Positions 29,089 to 38,532 of a DNA stretch of 64,000 bases are shown here, piece after piece. Source of the stretch: Corallococcus exiguus (lineage in GTDB: Bacteria > Myxococcota > Myxococcia > Myxococcales > Myxococcaceae); the NCBI RefSeq assembly GCF_017302975.1, contig NZ_JAFIMT010000003.1; one strand, written 5' to 3'. The notes under the pieces are model-generated. The model made no database searches. It was not told the DNA's origin and was given only the letters and a program-made list of their open reading frames with translations. The stretch's first letter is position 1; each line of letters opens with the position of its first letter. The position numbers were made by a program, and so were the translations under genes.

Positions 29089-30687
29089 ATGTTCAACGTC
29101 ATCAACGTCTCCAAGGCCTATGGGCCCAAGAAGCTGTTCGAGGAGGTCAACGTCGCCTTCTCGCCGGGCCGCCGCTACGGCCTGACCGGTCCGAACGGGG
29201 CCGGCAAGTCCACGTTCATGAAGATCCTCGCGGGAGACGAGGAGCAGGACATGGGCGACATCATCCGCCCGCGGAAGCTGGGCATCCTGCGCCAGGACCA
29301 CTTCCGCTACGAGAACGATCGAGTCATCGACGTGGTGCTGATGGGCAACCGCCACCTGTGGGCGGCGATGGACGAGAAGAACAAGCTCCTGGCCAAGTCC
29401 GACATCACCGAGGAGGACGGCAACCGGCTGGGTGAGCTGGAAGGCGTCATCGCGGAAGAGGACGGCTACTCGGCGGAGAGCGACGCGGCCACGCTGCTGG
29501 CGGGCCTTGGCATCGAGGAGTCCTTCCACGAAGAGCCCATGCGCCAGCTGACGGGCGGCCTGAAGCTGCGAGTGCTGCTCGCGCAGGCGCTGTTCGGCAA
29601 GCCGGAAGGGCTGCTGCTCGACGAGCCCACGAACAACCTGGATATCGACTCCATCCGCTGGCTGGAGAACTTCCTGCATGTGTACGAGGGCGTGCTGATC
29701 ACCATCAGCCACGACCGGCACTTCCTGAACTCGATTTGCACGCATATCGCGGACATCGATTACGAGACGATCATCCAGTACACGGGTGGTTACGACGACA
29801 TGGTCCGGCAGAAGTCGCAGCTGCGGACCCGGGTCGAGTCCGAGACGGCGGAGAAGAAGAAGAAGATCGCCCAGCTGCAGGACTTCGTGGCGCGCTTCCA
29901 CGCCGGTACGCGAGCGTCGCAGGTGCAGAGCCGCATCAAGCAGATCGACAAGCTGAAGACGGAGGACCTGAAGCGCTCGAACATCGCGCGGCCGTTCATC
30001 CGGTTCGACCAGAAGGTGGTCAGCGGTCGTCAGACGCTGATGTTCGAGGGCCTGAAGAAGTCCTTCGACGGGGTGCCGGTCATCAAGCCGTTCACGGGCC
30101 TGGTCTGCAAGGGCGAGCGTATCTGCGTGATTGGCCGCAACGCGGTGGGTAAGTCCACGCTGGTGAAGATGCTGGCCAACCAGCTGGAGCCGGACGCGGG
30201 GACCATCACCTGGGGCCACCAGGCGACGGTGGGCTACCTGCCGCAGGACCACCACGGCGTCATCCACAAGGGCACGACGTGCTTCGGCTACCTCCGGGAG
30301 ATCAGCGAGAAGCTGACGAACGAAGAGATTTCGGGCGTGTTGGGCCGGATGCTCTTCTCGGGTGAAGAGCGGATGAAGGCGACGGACACGCTCTCCGGTG
30401 GTGAGACGGTGCGCGTGCTGTTGTCCAAGCTGATGATCACGCAGGACAACGTGCTGATTCTGGACGAGCCGACGAACCACCTGGACCTGGAGTCCATCGC
30501 GGCGCTGGCGGAAGGCCTCTCGAAGTTCGACGGCACCGTCATCTGCGTGACGCACGACCAGGAGCTCATCTCCGAGGTCGCGACCCGCATCTGGAGCCTG
30601 GAGGCGGGCAAGGACGTGCTCGACTTCAACGGGCCCTACTCGGAGTTCATGGAGAAGCACGCGGACGCGGCGCTGAAGCGCCGGTAG
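29089..30687 (+). CDS. ABC-F family ATPase (two ABC domains, no TMD)
   Basis: It has two Walker A motifs (GPNGAGKST; GRNAVGKST), two LSGG signature motifs and an inter-domain linker. The start is the ATG at MFNVIN. Confidence 0.9.
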   Translation: MFNVINVSKAYGPKKLFEEVNVAFSPGRRYGLTGPNGAGKSTFMKILAGDEEQDMGDIIRPRKLGILRQDHFRYENDRVIDVVLMGNRHLWAAMDEKNKLLAKSDITEEDGNRLGELEGVIAEEDGYSAESDAATLLAGLGIEESFHEEPMRQLTGGLKLRVLLAQALFGKPEGLLLDEPTNNLDIDSIRWLENFLHVYEGVLITISHDRHFLNSICTHIADIDYETIIQYTGGYDDMVRQKSQLRTRVESETAEKKKKIAQLQDFVARFHAGTRASQVQSRIKQIDKLKTEDLKRSNIARPFIRFDQKVVSGRQTLMFEGLKKSFDGVPVIKPFTGLVCKGERICVIGRNAVGKSTLVKMLANQLEPDAGTITWGHQATVGYLPQDHHGVIHKGTTCFGYLREISEKLTNEEISGVLGRMLFSGEERMKATDTLSGGETVRVLLSKLMITQDNVLILDEPTNHLDLESIAALAEGLSKFDGTVICVTHDQELISEVATRIWSLEAGKDVLDFNGPYSEFMEKHADAALKRR

Positions 30688-31116
30688 TCTTTCGGCACTC
30701 CAGGCAGTGCCTACGCCGCCCGTTTCCGGTGCTCCGGAAGCGAGGCGGCGTTTTCGTGCGCGTGTCAATTCTTCCTGTACGCTGTCACCCAGCTCAACGT
30801 ACGAAGGCACTTGGAGGAGAGAGTTAAAGAACAGGTTGTCCTCACCACCACAGCGAGGCTGCGCGAGGTGTCGCTGGTAAATGCAGGTGAAGGAGCGCTG
30901 GTGGGCGTACAGGCGGCGACAGCCGAAGGGGCCGGTGCTCTGCGAGGTGGTTCATGCGCAAAGGCTTGAGGCCTGTGCCGCACTGCGCGAGAGCGGGCTC
31001 CGTGGCTTCGTAACCACCGGGTGTGAGACTCAAATCTTTCCTGTAGGGGCGGGCTTGTAGATCTGCAACGCTTCCGCAACCCGCCCTCTCCTGGGACGAG
31101 GTGAAGGAGCCAAGCA

Positions 31117-32052
31117 ATGCCTGACGGAAGACTGAAGCGCCTCGCTGACATGAAGCCGCTGGCGGATCTGTCTAGCCCCCTGACTCCGCCAAGTCTGGAG
31201 GCTGAGAGGAACCACGAACCGGGGTACTTCAAGGGACGCCGAGGGTTCAACCCGAACTTCATCCCTGAATTCCAGGTCGAACTCCCAACGCTATCCAAGT
31301 CGCTCAGCGACGACGCGGCGCCGCTAGTCACTGACGCGAACAAGCACGTCCTCGACTACGAGAACTTCTCGCTCGTGATGTCCAAATCGCGGCGGCTGGC
31401 CATCTACACCGCGTGCAACATCGAAGGCGAGCAGAGTAAGCGCGACAAGGTGGCGCGCCAGGGCAAGGACGAGTGGTTCTATGACCTACGCATCAGCCCT
31501 CATCACCAGATTGGCGAAGACCTCTACCGAGACAACGAACTCGACCGCGGTCACCTCGTCCGCCGCGAGGACCCCGTCTGGGGAGACAAGGCCGTCCACG
31601 CCAACGACGACACTTTTCACTTCACCAACTGCTCGCCGCAGCACTCGGGCTTCAACCAGAAGACTTGGCTTGGGCTGGAGAACTACATACTCCAGAACGC
31701 CCGACTGCACGAACTGAAGGCCACGGTCTTCACGGGCCCCGTCTTCACCCCCAATGACCCACTGTATCGTGGCGTGCGGATTCCCCGCTCGTACTGGAAG
31801 GTTGTCTCCGTCTTCAGCGAGGAGCAACGTTCGGCAACCGCCTATGAAATCAAGCAGGACCACCTCCTGGAAGGGCTTGAGTTCCTCTACGGCAAGTACA
31901 AGACGCACCAAGTGAGCATCCACAAGGTCGAGCGTATGACGGGGCTCAAGTTCGGCCCACTCTCCACCTACGACGGCTTTTCGAACGAGGAGGCCACCGT
32001 CGGCTCCGAGGTCAGCATGCCCTTGTCGGACTGGCGCGCGATCCGGATTTAA
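31117..32052 (+). CDS. Non-specific DNA/RNA endonuclease (Endonuclease_NS / Serratia-EndoG-like, beta-beta-alpha-Me, DRGH motif), no signal peptide
   Basis: LDRGHLVRRED is the catalytic DRGH motif, and the FTNCSPQ and Asn metal site lie downstream. There is a strong RBS (gaaggag) 6 nt before the ATG. GC is lower than in the flanks. Confidence 0.85.
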   Translation: MPDGRLKRLADMKPLADLSSPLTPPSLEAERNHEPGYFKGRRGFNPNFIPEFQVELPTLSKSLSDDAAPLVTDANKHVLDYENFSLVMSKSRRLAIYTACNIEGEQSKRDKVARQGKDEWFYDLRISPHHQIGEDLYRDNELDRGHLVRREDPVWGDKAVHANDDTFHFTNCSPQHSGFNQKTWLGLENYILQNARLHELKATVFTGPVFTPNDPLYRGVRIPRSYWKVVSVFSEEQRSATAYEIKQDHLLEGLEFLYGKYKTHQVSIHKVERMTGLKFGPLSTYDGFSNEEATVGSEVSMPLSDWRAIRI

Positions 32053-35000
32053 GCCCTCGCGGGGAATCCCCTGATCGCCACCAGGGAGTGGAGGAACTCG
32101 TCCCAGTCTTGGAGAGACTCCGCGAACCTCTGGGCTGCGGAGTCCTCCGTTGCATAAGTGGAGACATGAACCAACTCGAGAAGTTGCCCACACTCGTCCG
32201 CGTGATTGACGAGCTCGCGTGCTTGGTCCTTCAGGCGCATGCGGAAGAACGTTTTCATCCTATCGGCAGGAAGAAACTTCTCGGCGAGTGTGGGCCATCT
32301 CTTTCCCCCTCCCTTAAGGAGCGCGAAACGCGCGGGCACCCTCCACTCCACATGCCGCGCCACCAGCAGCCTTTTCACGACCGTGACGGTGGCCGCTGAC
32401 TCCTCCATCACGAGTGCGAATAACCACTCGTGGAGGGCGTTCACCAGTTCCGGGGGCACCTGATCGAACGTGACGAGGTCTGCCTTGGACGATGTGTTGA
32501 TGCTGAATGGCGTCCTGACGAGCTTCAGCAACTGGTGAATCCGGTCCGCCCACCCCCTAGCGCCAAAGTCCAGGAGCGTCTCGATCGTGAATTGTTCGCC
32601 AGCATTTAACGACGTCAGCGGCGCTGCCCGGAAGTACTCGGCAAGCAACGAACGAACGTCACCGGGAGCAAAGAGAACGAGTCGACGGAGCAGCCCAGGG
32701 GCCTGACGCGACACCATCCGCCGAAGCTGATTGGCGACATGCAATGCGCTGTCCGCCAATGAGGGACTACTCAAGCCAGCCCGCCGTAACGCGCCCACTT
32801 GGCCCGTGAGGCATTCGAGCAGCGCCATCTGGGTTTCCCGCTCGTGCGCCAGACTGGCTCCTTCATCAAAGAGTTTCTCGGACCTCCGATCCCCCATCTT
32901 GAACAGCAACTCCGCATGGGCCCGGATTAGTTGAAGGCGCTCGAACCCGCTCGAATGTGAGTCTGAATGACCGCGCTCGTACGCCTCCAACGCCATGTCG
33001 AATTCCGCCATGTCGGAGAGTGCCGTACCCAGCAGCCTGCTCCATTCAGCCCCTTGACCGGATGGAGCCCGACTTGTGAGCAACTCGCGCACGAACTCGG
33101 GCTTGCCACGGCGCATGTCCTGCTCGGCCCGCTGCTTAGCGTACTGAGTCCAAACGCTGGAACTCAGCATCTCGCGCTCCTCCGGGTCCAGCACTTGGCC
33201 GAGCTTGGCCTTAAGAAAGGCGCGCGCCTGTGGCTGGAGGTCGGGGACCGCAGTCTTAAGGAGAGGCTCTGCATCCTCCGACCAACGCAGCTCAGCACGG
33301 TCGATCTTATCCAAGAGCAGATGATGGTAGAGTTCTTCAGCATGGTTGGCTGGACCTACGCGCTCAGCGTAGTAGGCGGCCGCGCGCTCATTGATCTGCC
33401 TGAACTTTCCGGGGTCGGAACGCTCCAAGTCGTCGCGGATCAACCCCAGCATAAAGGTCCGGATATCGCGACGATGCACGAGTACGTCGCCTCTGCGCGT
33501 CACCAGCGCGACTTCCTTTGCCATCTTCTCGAAGAGGGCGCGTGCTTTGACCTCGTCCACGTCTTTCAAGCCGCAAGGCTCCGCAAGCACCTTGGAGATC
33601 AGCTCGGGCGTAAGCTGCCGGAGGATTAACCCCGGATGTGCCAGTCGGGCGACCTCTTTGTCCACGTGAGAGAGAGTCCGGGTGAAGAGCTGCACCGCGA
33701 CATTCTCAGAGTCGTATTGTCCGAGCACGCGGGCGAGCCCCCCCCGCCTCACGCCGACGAGTTCCCCCATCACCAGCTCCGACTCGGAAACTCGTGTGAG
33801 TTCCTTGCGGACGAGGCCCACTGCCAGCTTGAGAGAGAGTGGGCTCGTCCCCACGTGAGACACTATCTCGTCGAGCATCTCTCGTGGCAGCGCCAGCCTA
33901 TTCTTCAGGAACTGGACAGCGGACCGCCGGTCCAATCCCTTGAGCCAAAACCCCTCGGCACTAGGCTCCGCAAGAGGAGCCCGACCGGAGATGACAACCC
34001 GCAGTTCCCCCCAGTCTCCGTTGTCGCTAAGGGTCTGCAACATCGAGAGAACCTCCGCCACGTCTCCATCCCCCGCGCGCTGCACCTCCTCGAACGTATC
34101 GAGAACAAGGAGGAGCGGTCTTCCGTCCCGAGTTAAGGGACGTACGGCGTTGCGCAACTGGCGCGCACCCTCATGCACAAGACGTGGGTCTCGCACCACC
34201 TCCTCCACATCAATGCTGGCGAACTCGGAGGAGCGGGCGCTCCGGTGTCGCTCGCGAAGCAGCCTCTCGAAGCGTTCGCGCTGCCGCCCCCCAAAGCTCT
34301 TGAGTTCCGTCCCGAGATGCGGGAACTGAAACGCAAGCTGTTGCGCCATCTCCTGCAAGAGGGATATGGGCTGGCGTGGCAGAAGGGTCGCCCGATCAAA
34401 GTCAAGGTAGACGAACGGAAACCGGCGCTCCGGATCCTGACGCGCATGTTCGACGAGAAACTGCGCCATCAATGTTGATTTGCCGATGCCCCCTGCCCCA
34501 TAGACAACAAAAGGTTGATAGTGAGAGTCGGCCCACCTCCGAACGGTCCGCACTAAGGATTTCAGCTCACGGCGTCCCCAGCCAGCCCAGGACTCAGGAG
34601 GCTGCACACCAACGTAGTCACTAAGCTTTCTCAGCTCTGTCGTGCGGCCAGCGAAACCCTCTCGAAGCAGCTCATCGAAGGGCTTGAGGATCTGCGCGAA
34701 CCCGAGCTGCTGGCGGACCCGCTCCGGGTTCGGCATCTCGACCGGTGTGCCCTCCAACCATTCACAAATCACTGCAGTCTTCGCAAGTTCGTCGACACTC
34801 TGCTGTTGGATCGGTGGTGCGGAACCATTGAGATATTGAGACAGTGCCTCCGACAGCTCGTCATCCGAGGCCGAGCTGCCCATGCGGCCCACCTCCAAGC
34901 GGATCTCCTTGGCTGACAGGGACCGCAGGACCTCCTTTCGAGGCGCTTCCTTGAGCATCCATCGCCGGTACCCCCGACGCGTGGTCACCGTGCTCTCCCT

Positions 35001-35234
35001 TAGGAGGCGGTCTAGCACCCCTCGTCGATGTTCCATCGATAGCTGCGGGGGCAAGAGCTGCGTTGGGTCGAAAGTACCGACCAAGGCGGCGCGCTTGCGC
35101 ACGGCACCATAGAGGTCGTCCACGACTCCCGCCTCCGGCAGGGCGAACGACTTTTCCAGTGTGCCGCGTATCGCCTCTCGCAGTTCCTCCGGAATCAGAG
35201 ACAGCGCTTCGTCAATGGGGCTCTTGCCTGCCAT
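32049..35234 (-). CDS. STAND/NB-ARC-like P-loop NTPase with approximately 230-aa N-terminal helical domain and approximately 550-aa C-terminal helical (TPR-like) repeat sensor region
   Basis: Walker A is VYGAGGIGKSTL and Walker B is RPLLLVLDTFEEV, followed by a GxP-like segment. There is a long Leu/Ala/Arg-rich helical C-terminus. A GAGGA RBS sits 6 nt upstream of the ATG, and the gene is the last of a three-gene operon. Confidence 0.8.
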   Translation of the reverse strand: MAGKSPIDEALSLIPEELREAIRGTLEKSFALPEAGVVDDLYGAVRKRAALVGTFDPTQLLPPQLSMEHRRGVLDRLLRESTVTTRRGYRRWMLKEAPRKEVLRSLSAKEIRLEVGRMGSSASDDELSEALSQYLNGSAPPIQQQSVDELAKTAVICEWLEGTPVEMPNPERVRQQLGFAQILKPFDELLREGFAGRTTELRKLSDYVGVQPPESWAGWGRRELKSLVRTVRRWADSHYQPFVVYGAGGIGKSTLMAQFLVEHARQDPERRFPFVYLDFDRATLLPRQPISLLQEMAQQLAFQFPHLGTELKSFGGRQRERFERLLRERHRSARSSEFASIDVEEVVRDPRLVHEGARQLRNAVRPLTRDGRPLLLVLDTFEEVQRAGDGDVAEVLSMLQTLSDNGDWGELRVVISGRAPLAEPSAEGFWLKGLDRRSAVQFLKNRLALPREMLDEIVSHVGTSPLSLKLAVGLVRKELTRVSESELVMGELVGVRRGGLARVLGQYDSENVAVQLFTRTLSHVDKEVARLAHPGLILRQLTPELISKVLAEPCGLKDVDEVKARALFEKMAKEVALVTRRGDVLVHRRDIRTFMLGLIRDDLERSDPGKFRQINERAAAYYAERVGPANHAEELYHHLLLDKIDRAELRWSEDAEPLLKTAVPDLQPQARAFLKAKLGQVLDPEEREMLSSSVWTQYAKQRAEQDMRRGKPEFVRELLTSRAPSGQGAEWSRLLGTALSDMAEFDMALEAYERGHSDSHSSGFERLQLIRAHAELLFKMGDRRSEKLFDEGASLAHERETQMALLECLTGQVGALRRAGLSSPSLADSALHVANQLRRMVSRQAPGLLRRLVLFAPGDVRSLLAEYFRAAPLTSLNAGEQFTIETLLDFGARGWADRIHQLLKLVRTPFSINTSSKADLVTFDQVPPELVNALHEWLFALVMEESAATVTVVKRLLVARHVEWRVPARFALLKGGGKRWPTLAEKFLPADRMKTFFRMRLKDQARELVNHADECGQLLELVHVSTYATEDSAAQRFAESLQDWDEFLHSLVAIRGFPARA

Positions 35235-35241
35235 GGCGTCC

Positions 35242-37092
35242 TCAGCTCAAACCCGTGGCGAACGCGGCGACTCCTCTCGCCAGCGCCTTGGAGAACGGCT
35301 CATCCTGGAGCTTGTTTGCACTCGCCATCATCACGAGGCCAGGCGCTATCTGGCTCAGCAGCGTGCGCGGAGTCTGCTTGCCGTGATGTTCCACATAACG
35401 CGCAAGGTACTCCGCCACCTCGTCGGAGCCGGGCGCCCGGGTGCGATCCACTTCCACGAGCGAGGCGAGCACCGTCAAGAGACTCGGTGGCCCGCCGATG
35501 AGGAGCCAGCGAAGTGCGGCGAGATGTGGCACCTCTCGCAATAACCGCACCAGGATGTCGAGCGTCTCGTCGTTCACGAACGTCTTCCGGTTGAAGTTAT
35601 CCAGCGCAATCCAGATCGAGAAGGATCCATTCACCTCCGCCGGGTAGCGGAGTGCGAATGCCGCAGTGAACCAGTCGAATAGGAGGGTGCTCGCCCAGCG
35701 CGCAGACTGACGGTCCACGGGTCGAGCTGGCGCGCCCTCCACCGGCAGTTTCAGGTCGCGTGCCAAGTCCATCAGGAACGCGTCAGGTGCCTTGTCCTGA
35801 ATCGCCGACATATCGTAGTCCATGACCACGTCCGGGCGCCCGGAGAACAGCCCTTTCATGATGTCGATGGAGAACGAGCACCCCGAGTCGTCATCACCTT
35901 CCACCACCAGGATGCGCTTTGGTGAGTGCGCCGCTCCCATTGTCCAGAGGATCTGCTGGAACTCAATGCGACCCAGAACTGGTGCCCCGGACGGCAATTG
36001 CCAGAGCGGCACGAATCCAGGAAGGTCCTGAGACTCAAACCCACCCTTCGACTGGATGTGGTCGCGGATCAACCAGATGGGTACCCCCTGGTTTAACTGC
36101 TGGTTCTGCACTTCCGCGTGGTGGAGCGCGACAAGCCCGAACCGGATATCGAAGCATGGTGCGCCGGAAGCCCCCTTCATCGTGTTCACGGCGTAGCGCA
36201 ACCGCGCTTGGCGGGTGTCCATGGCCTTGAACGGTCCAAAGGCAATGTGGAGCGCATGACCCGCCGGGTGCTGCCCGATGACCAGCGGCTGGTCCGGTTC
36301 GAGCGTCATGGTCGTGGAGGACCCGGCAGGGAACTCCACCCAACCGCGCTCCTGCCCCCCACCCGTGCCGACGGGCGCCCTTCCCACGGGTTTGGCGAGG
36401 TTGAGCACCGCGTAGTCCAGCAGCGTCAGGCAGTCCGGTGGATTGGGCAGTTCCAGGACAATGCCGTCTTCCGGGTGTCCCGGGCTCATCGGTCCCAGCC
36501 AGTCGTCCCGCAGCGCCACGGCTGTTCCCGGGAGCAGCTCAGTCCCATCCGCGAGAGCGACGTAGTCGAAACGGCATCGGATCTTCTCTCCGACGCTCGG
36601 CAGGGGCGCCCCCTCCGCGTCGAAACACGTCGCGATGACGTGATAGGCTGTGAGCACGCGATCCGGCGCGATGAGCACACCGGTTCCCATCGCATTCGCT
36701 TCCACCTCAATCCGGCAGATCTGCTGCCCGCGCTTCTGCATCTGGGCCGAGAACACAGTCCAGGGCGCCATGGGTCCGTTGTAAGTGATGAGGCTTTGTA
36801 GGGGAGAGGCGTCGGCAGCCTGAGTCCCCAGCCGCGACAGGAATTGCATTAGCCTGGGCGTCTTAGGAGCATCTCGCAGCAGATAGGCGATTAGCTTAGC
36901 AGTGGCCCCGTTGAGCGTCACCCAATCAAGCAGCACCCCCGGCCCGGATTCCTCGGACGCGCCGGGCGCGATGACGTCCAGGCTCTGCTTGAACCACATC
37001 TCGATGAGAGCGCGCAGCTTTGGGCCTTCCAATTCTGCGGACAGGATGGAGGCCAGCTCGGTACGTTCCTGAGGGGTGAGCGCCAGTTGCAT
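35242..37092 (-). CDS. Three-module protein: N-terminal small helical domain (EAD-like) + trypsin-like serine peptidase + C-terminal domain of unknown function
   Basis: His motif is GTGVLIAPDRVLTAYHV, Asp is in DYAVLNL, and Ser motif NTMKGASGAPCF is GDSGGP-like. The roughly 100-aa N-terminal helical module is MQLALTPQERTELASIL...LRALIEMWFKQ. The C-terminal approximately 280 aa have no recognisable motif. The gene lies 9 nt after the upstream protease gene. Confidence 0.75.
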   Translation of the reverse strand: MQLALTPQERTELASILSAELEGPKLRALIEMWFKQSLDVIAPGASEESGPGVLLDWVTLNGATAKLIAYLLRDAPKTPRLMQFLSRLGTQAADASPLQSLITYNGPMAPWTVFSAQMQKRGQQICRIEVEANAMGTGVLIAPDRVLTAYHVIATCFDAEGAPLPSVGEKIRCRFDYVALADGTELLPGTAVALRDDWLGPMSPGHPEDGIVLELPNPPDCLTLLDYAVLNLAKPVGRAPVGTGGGQERGWVEFPAGSSTTMTLEPDQPLVIGQHPAGHALHIAFGPFKAMDTRQARLRYAVNTMKGASGAPCFDIRFGLVALHHAEVQNQQLNQGVPIWLIRDHIQSKGGFESQDLPGFVPLWQLPSGAPVLGRIEFQQILWTMGAAHSPKRILVVEGDDDSGCSFSIDIMKGLFSGRPDVVMDYDMSAIQDKAPDAFLMDLARDLKLPVEGAPARPVDRQSARWASTLLFDWFTAAFALRYPAEVNGSFSIWIALDNFNRKTFVNDETLDILVRLLREVPHLAALRWLLIGGPPSLLTVLASLVEVDRTRAPGSDEVAEYLARYVEHHGKQTPRTLLSQIAPGLVMMASANKLQDEPFSKALARGVAAFATGLS

Positions 37093-37101
37093 GGGTAATC
37101 G

Positions 37102-38274
37102 TCAAGGTACGAAGTGCAGGCCGAATTCCTTGAACCTCGCCTCAGCAATCATCTTCGCCATGAGCACAGCCTCATTTTGGCTGAGTTGGGTTCCCCGAAA
37201 GTGAAGCCCCACTACCTTATTCGTGGCTAGCCGCACCACGCACGAGCCAGATGAGCCCTTGAGCGTACTGCAATCGTGTTGCAGGGAGCAGGTGGACGCA
37301 TCCAGCGCTGTGATGACGCCTGGCGCTAGGCGCTTGCGTCCGTAGATTCCCCCAAAAATCTGTTCCAGGACCTCGGACTCGTGCGTGTCGTCGAAGCCTG
37401 GATAGCCAATCGTGTACACGTGGTCGTCGCTTGTGCGAACCTCGGCGTCATTCGAGGCGATGGGGAGCGGGGCCGGAAGCGTCTCACCGGCCGCGTTCCG
37501 GGTCTCGACCTCCAGCAGGGCGAGGTCCGGATGACCCGCCGCGCCATCCTCCACGTGGAGGATTCGCTTCACCTCGAACTCCAGAGTCTTCGCATTCTGC
37601 TCCTCGACAAGGAAATCGACCCATACGCGCGTTCCCTCGTGCAAATTCCAGCCATCCCCAGACTTCTTCCCAAGATGCGGGTCCACCACATGGCGGTTCG
37701 TCACGAGGACCCCGGAACCTGCGACCCAGGCCGTTCCAATGCCCCTGCCATTTCCTCCCTTCGATCCGAAGTACACCCGGCCCACGCTCTGGAGGGTGCG
37801 CTTGATCTTATTGCGGTTCAGGTCGAGCGCGAGGTGCTCCCAGCTCTTGTCCAGCGGCCCATTGAAGTCTCCCTGCTGGATGAGCATTGAAGGCCGGCCC
37901 GTCAGGCGGACGATGGCTTCCAGTGAGGCGAGCTGTGGCAGGGTGAGAGCTGCCCGCGTCCCATCCTTTGAAATCTCCGCGAGCGCGGTCGCCGCAGTCC
38001 GAACGAGCGAGACTCCCTTCGCTGTGAGTTCCTTCTCGGTCTTGCCCCGAACCCCGTCCACGCATACCAAGTCCAACAGGAGCGCCGTCTTCTGCGGGTC
38101 GTTTTTAACAGCCTCCGCGAGTTCTTCAGCACGCTTAGAGGACAGCGCCCCCTGGGCCACGGTCTCCTCAACGGGAGCGCCAGCGGCTTCCAGCGACTCC
38201 ACTGTTCGACCGCCCAAAACGTACATGGCGCGCGCTATGAACTGACTTGGCTCAAACAGGCCATTGTTTCCCAC
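37102..38274 (-). CDS. Trypsin-like serine peptidase with approximately 170-aa N-terminal helical domain
   Basis: His motif is GTAWVAGSGVLVTNRHVV, Asp is in HPDLALLEV, and the Ser motif is TLKGSSGSCVV. It is the first gene of the island operon. The listed start is a GTG at 38274, with an alternative ATG at 38226. Confidence 0.75.
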   Translation of the reverse strand: MGNNGLFEPSQFIARAMYVLGGRTVESLEAAGAPVEETVAQGALSSKRAEELAEAVKNDPQKTALLLDLVCVDGVRGKTEKELTAKGVSLVRTAATALAEISKDGTRAALTLPQLASLEAIVRLTGRPSMLIQQGDFNGPLDKSWEHLALDLNRNKIKRTLQSVGRVYFGSKGGNGRGIGTAWVAGSGVLVTNRHVVDPHLGKKSGDGWNLHEGTRVWVDFLVEEQNAKTLEFEVKRILHVEDGAAGHPDLALLEVETRNAAGETLPAPLPIASNDAEVRTSDDHVYTIGYPGFDDTHESEVLEQIFGGIYGRKRLAPGVITALDASTCSLQHDCSTLKGSSGSCVVRLATNKVVGLHFRGTQLSQNEAVLMAKMIAEARFKEFGLHFVP

Positions 38275-38307
38275 ACTGCCCCCGTTGCAAATGGCTCACA
38301 TGCGAAG

Positions 38308-38532
38308 ATGACATATCCGCGCCACATCCCAAAGCGCGGAGTCGTGGCGCCGATGGAGGACCGATTCTCTCTCTACCTCGTCGTCCAGAAACAGCCTGAT
38401 GGCTCCGTGACGGCATTCATCCGCCCCCAGAGCGGAACTTCTCACCCATTCGGCGCAAGGTGGCCACCGAGCTTAAACGACTGGTGGCTCAGAAGCCGGA
38501 TGCGACGGTGCGCGAGGCATCAGTGGGTATGA
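38308..38532 (+). pseudogene. Decayed internal fragment of a paralog of the serine-hydrolase gene at 41090-42841
   Basis: Nucleotides 38335-38440 align to 41466-41570 at roughly 85% identity (VAPMEDRFSLYLVVQKQPDGSVTAFIR versus VAPLEDRFSLYLVVQKQPDGSVKAFIR). No N- or C-terminal remainder of the gene is present. Confidence 0.65.

Noticed and set aside
30765-31343. 192-aa minus-strand ORF in the nuclease leader
   Set aside because: It overlaps the nuclease start/RBS, has no motif and a composition unlike the coding regions. It was treated as non-coding leader.
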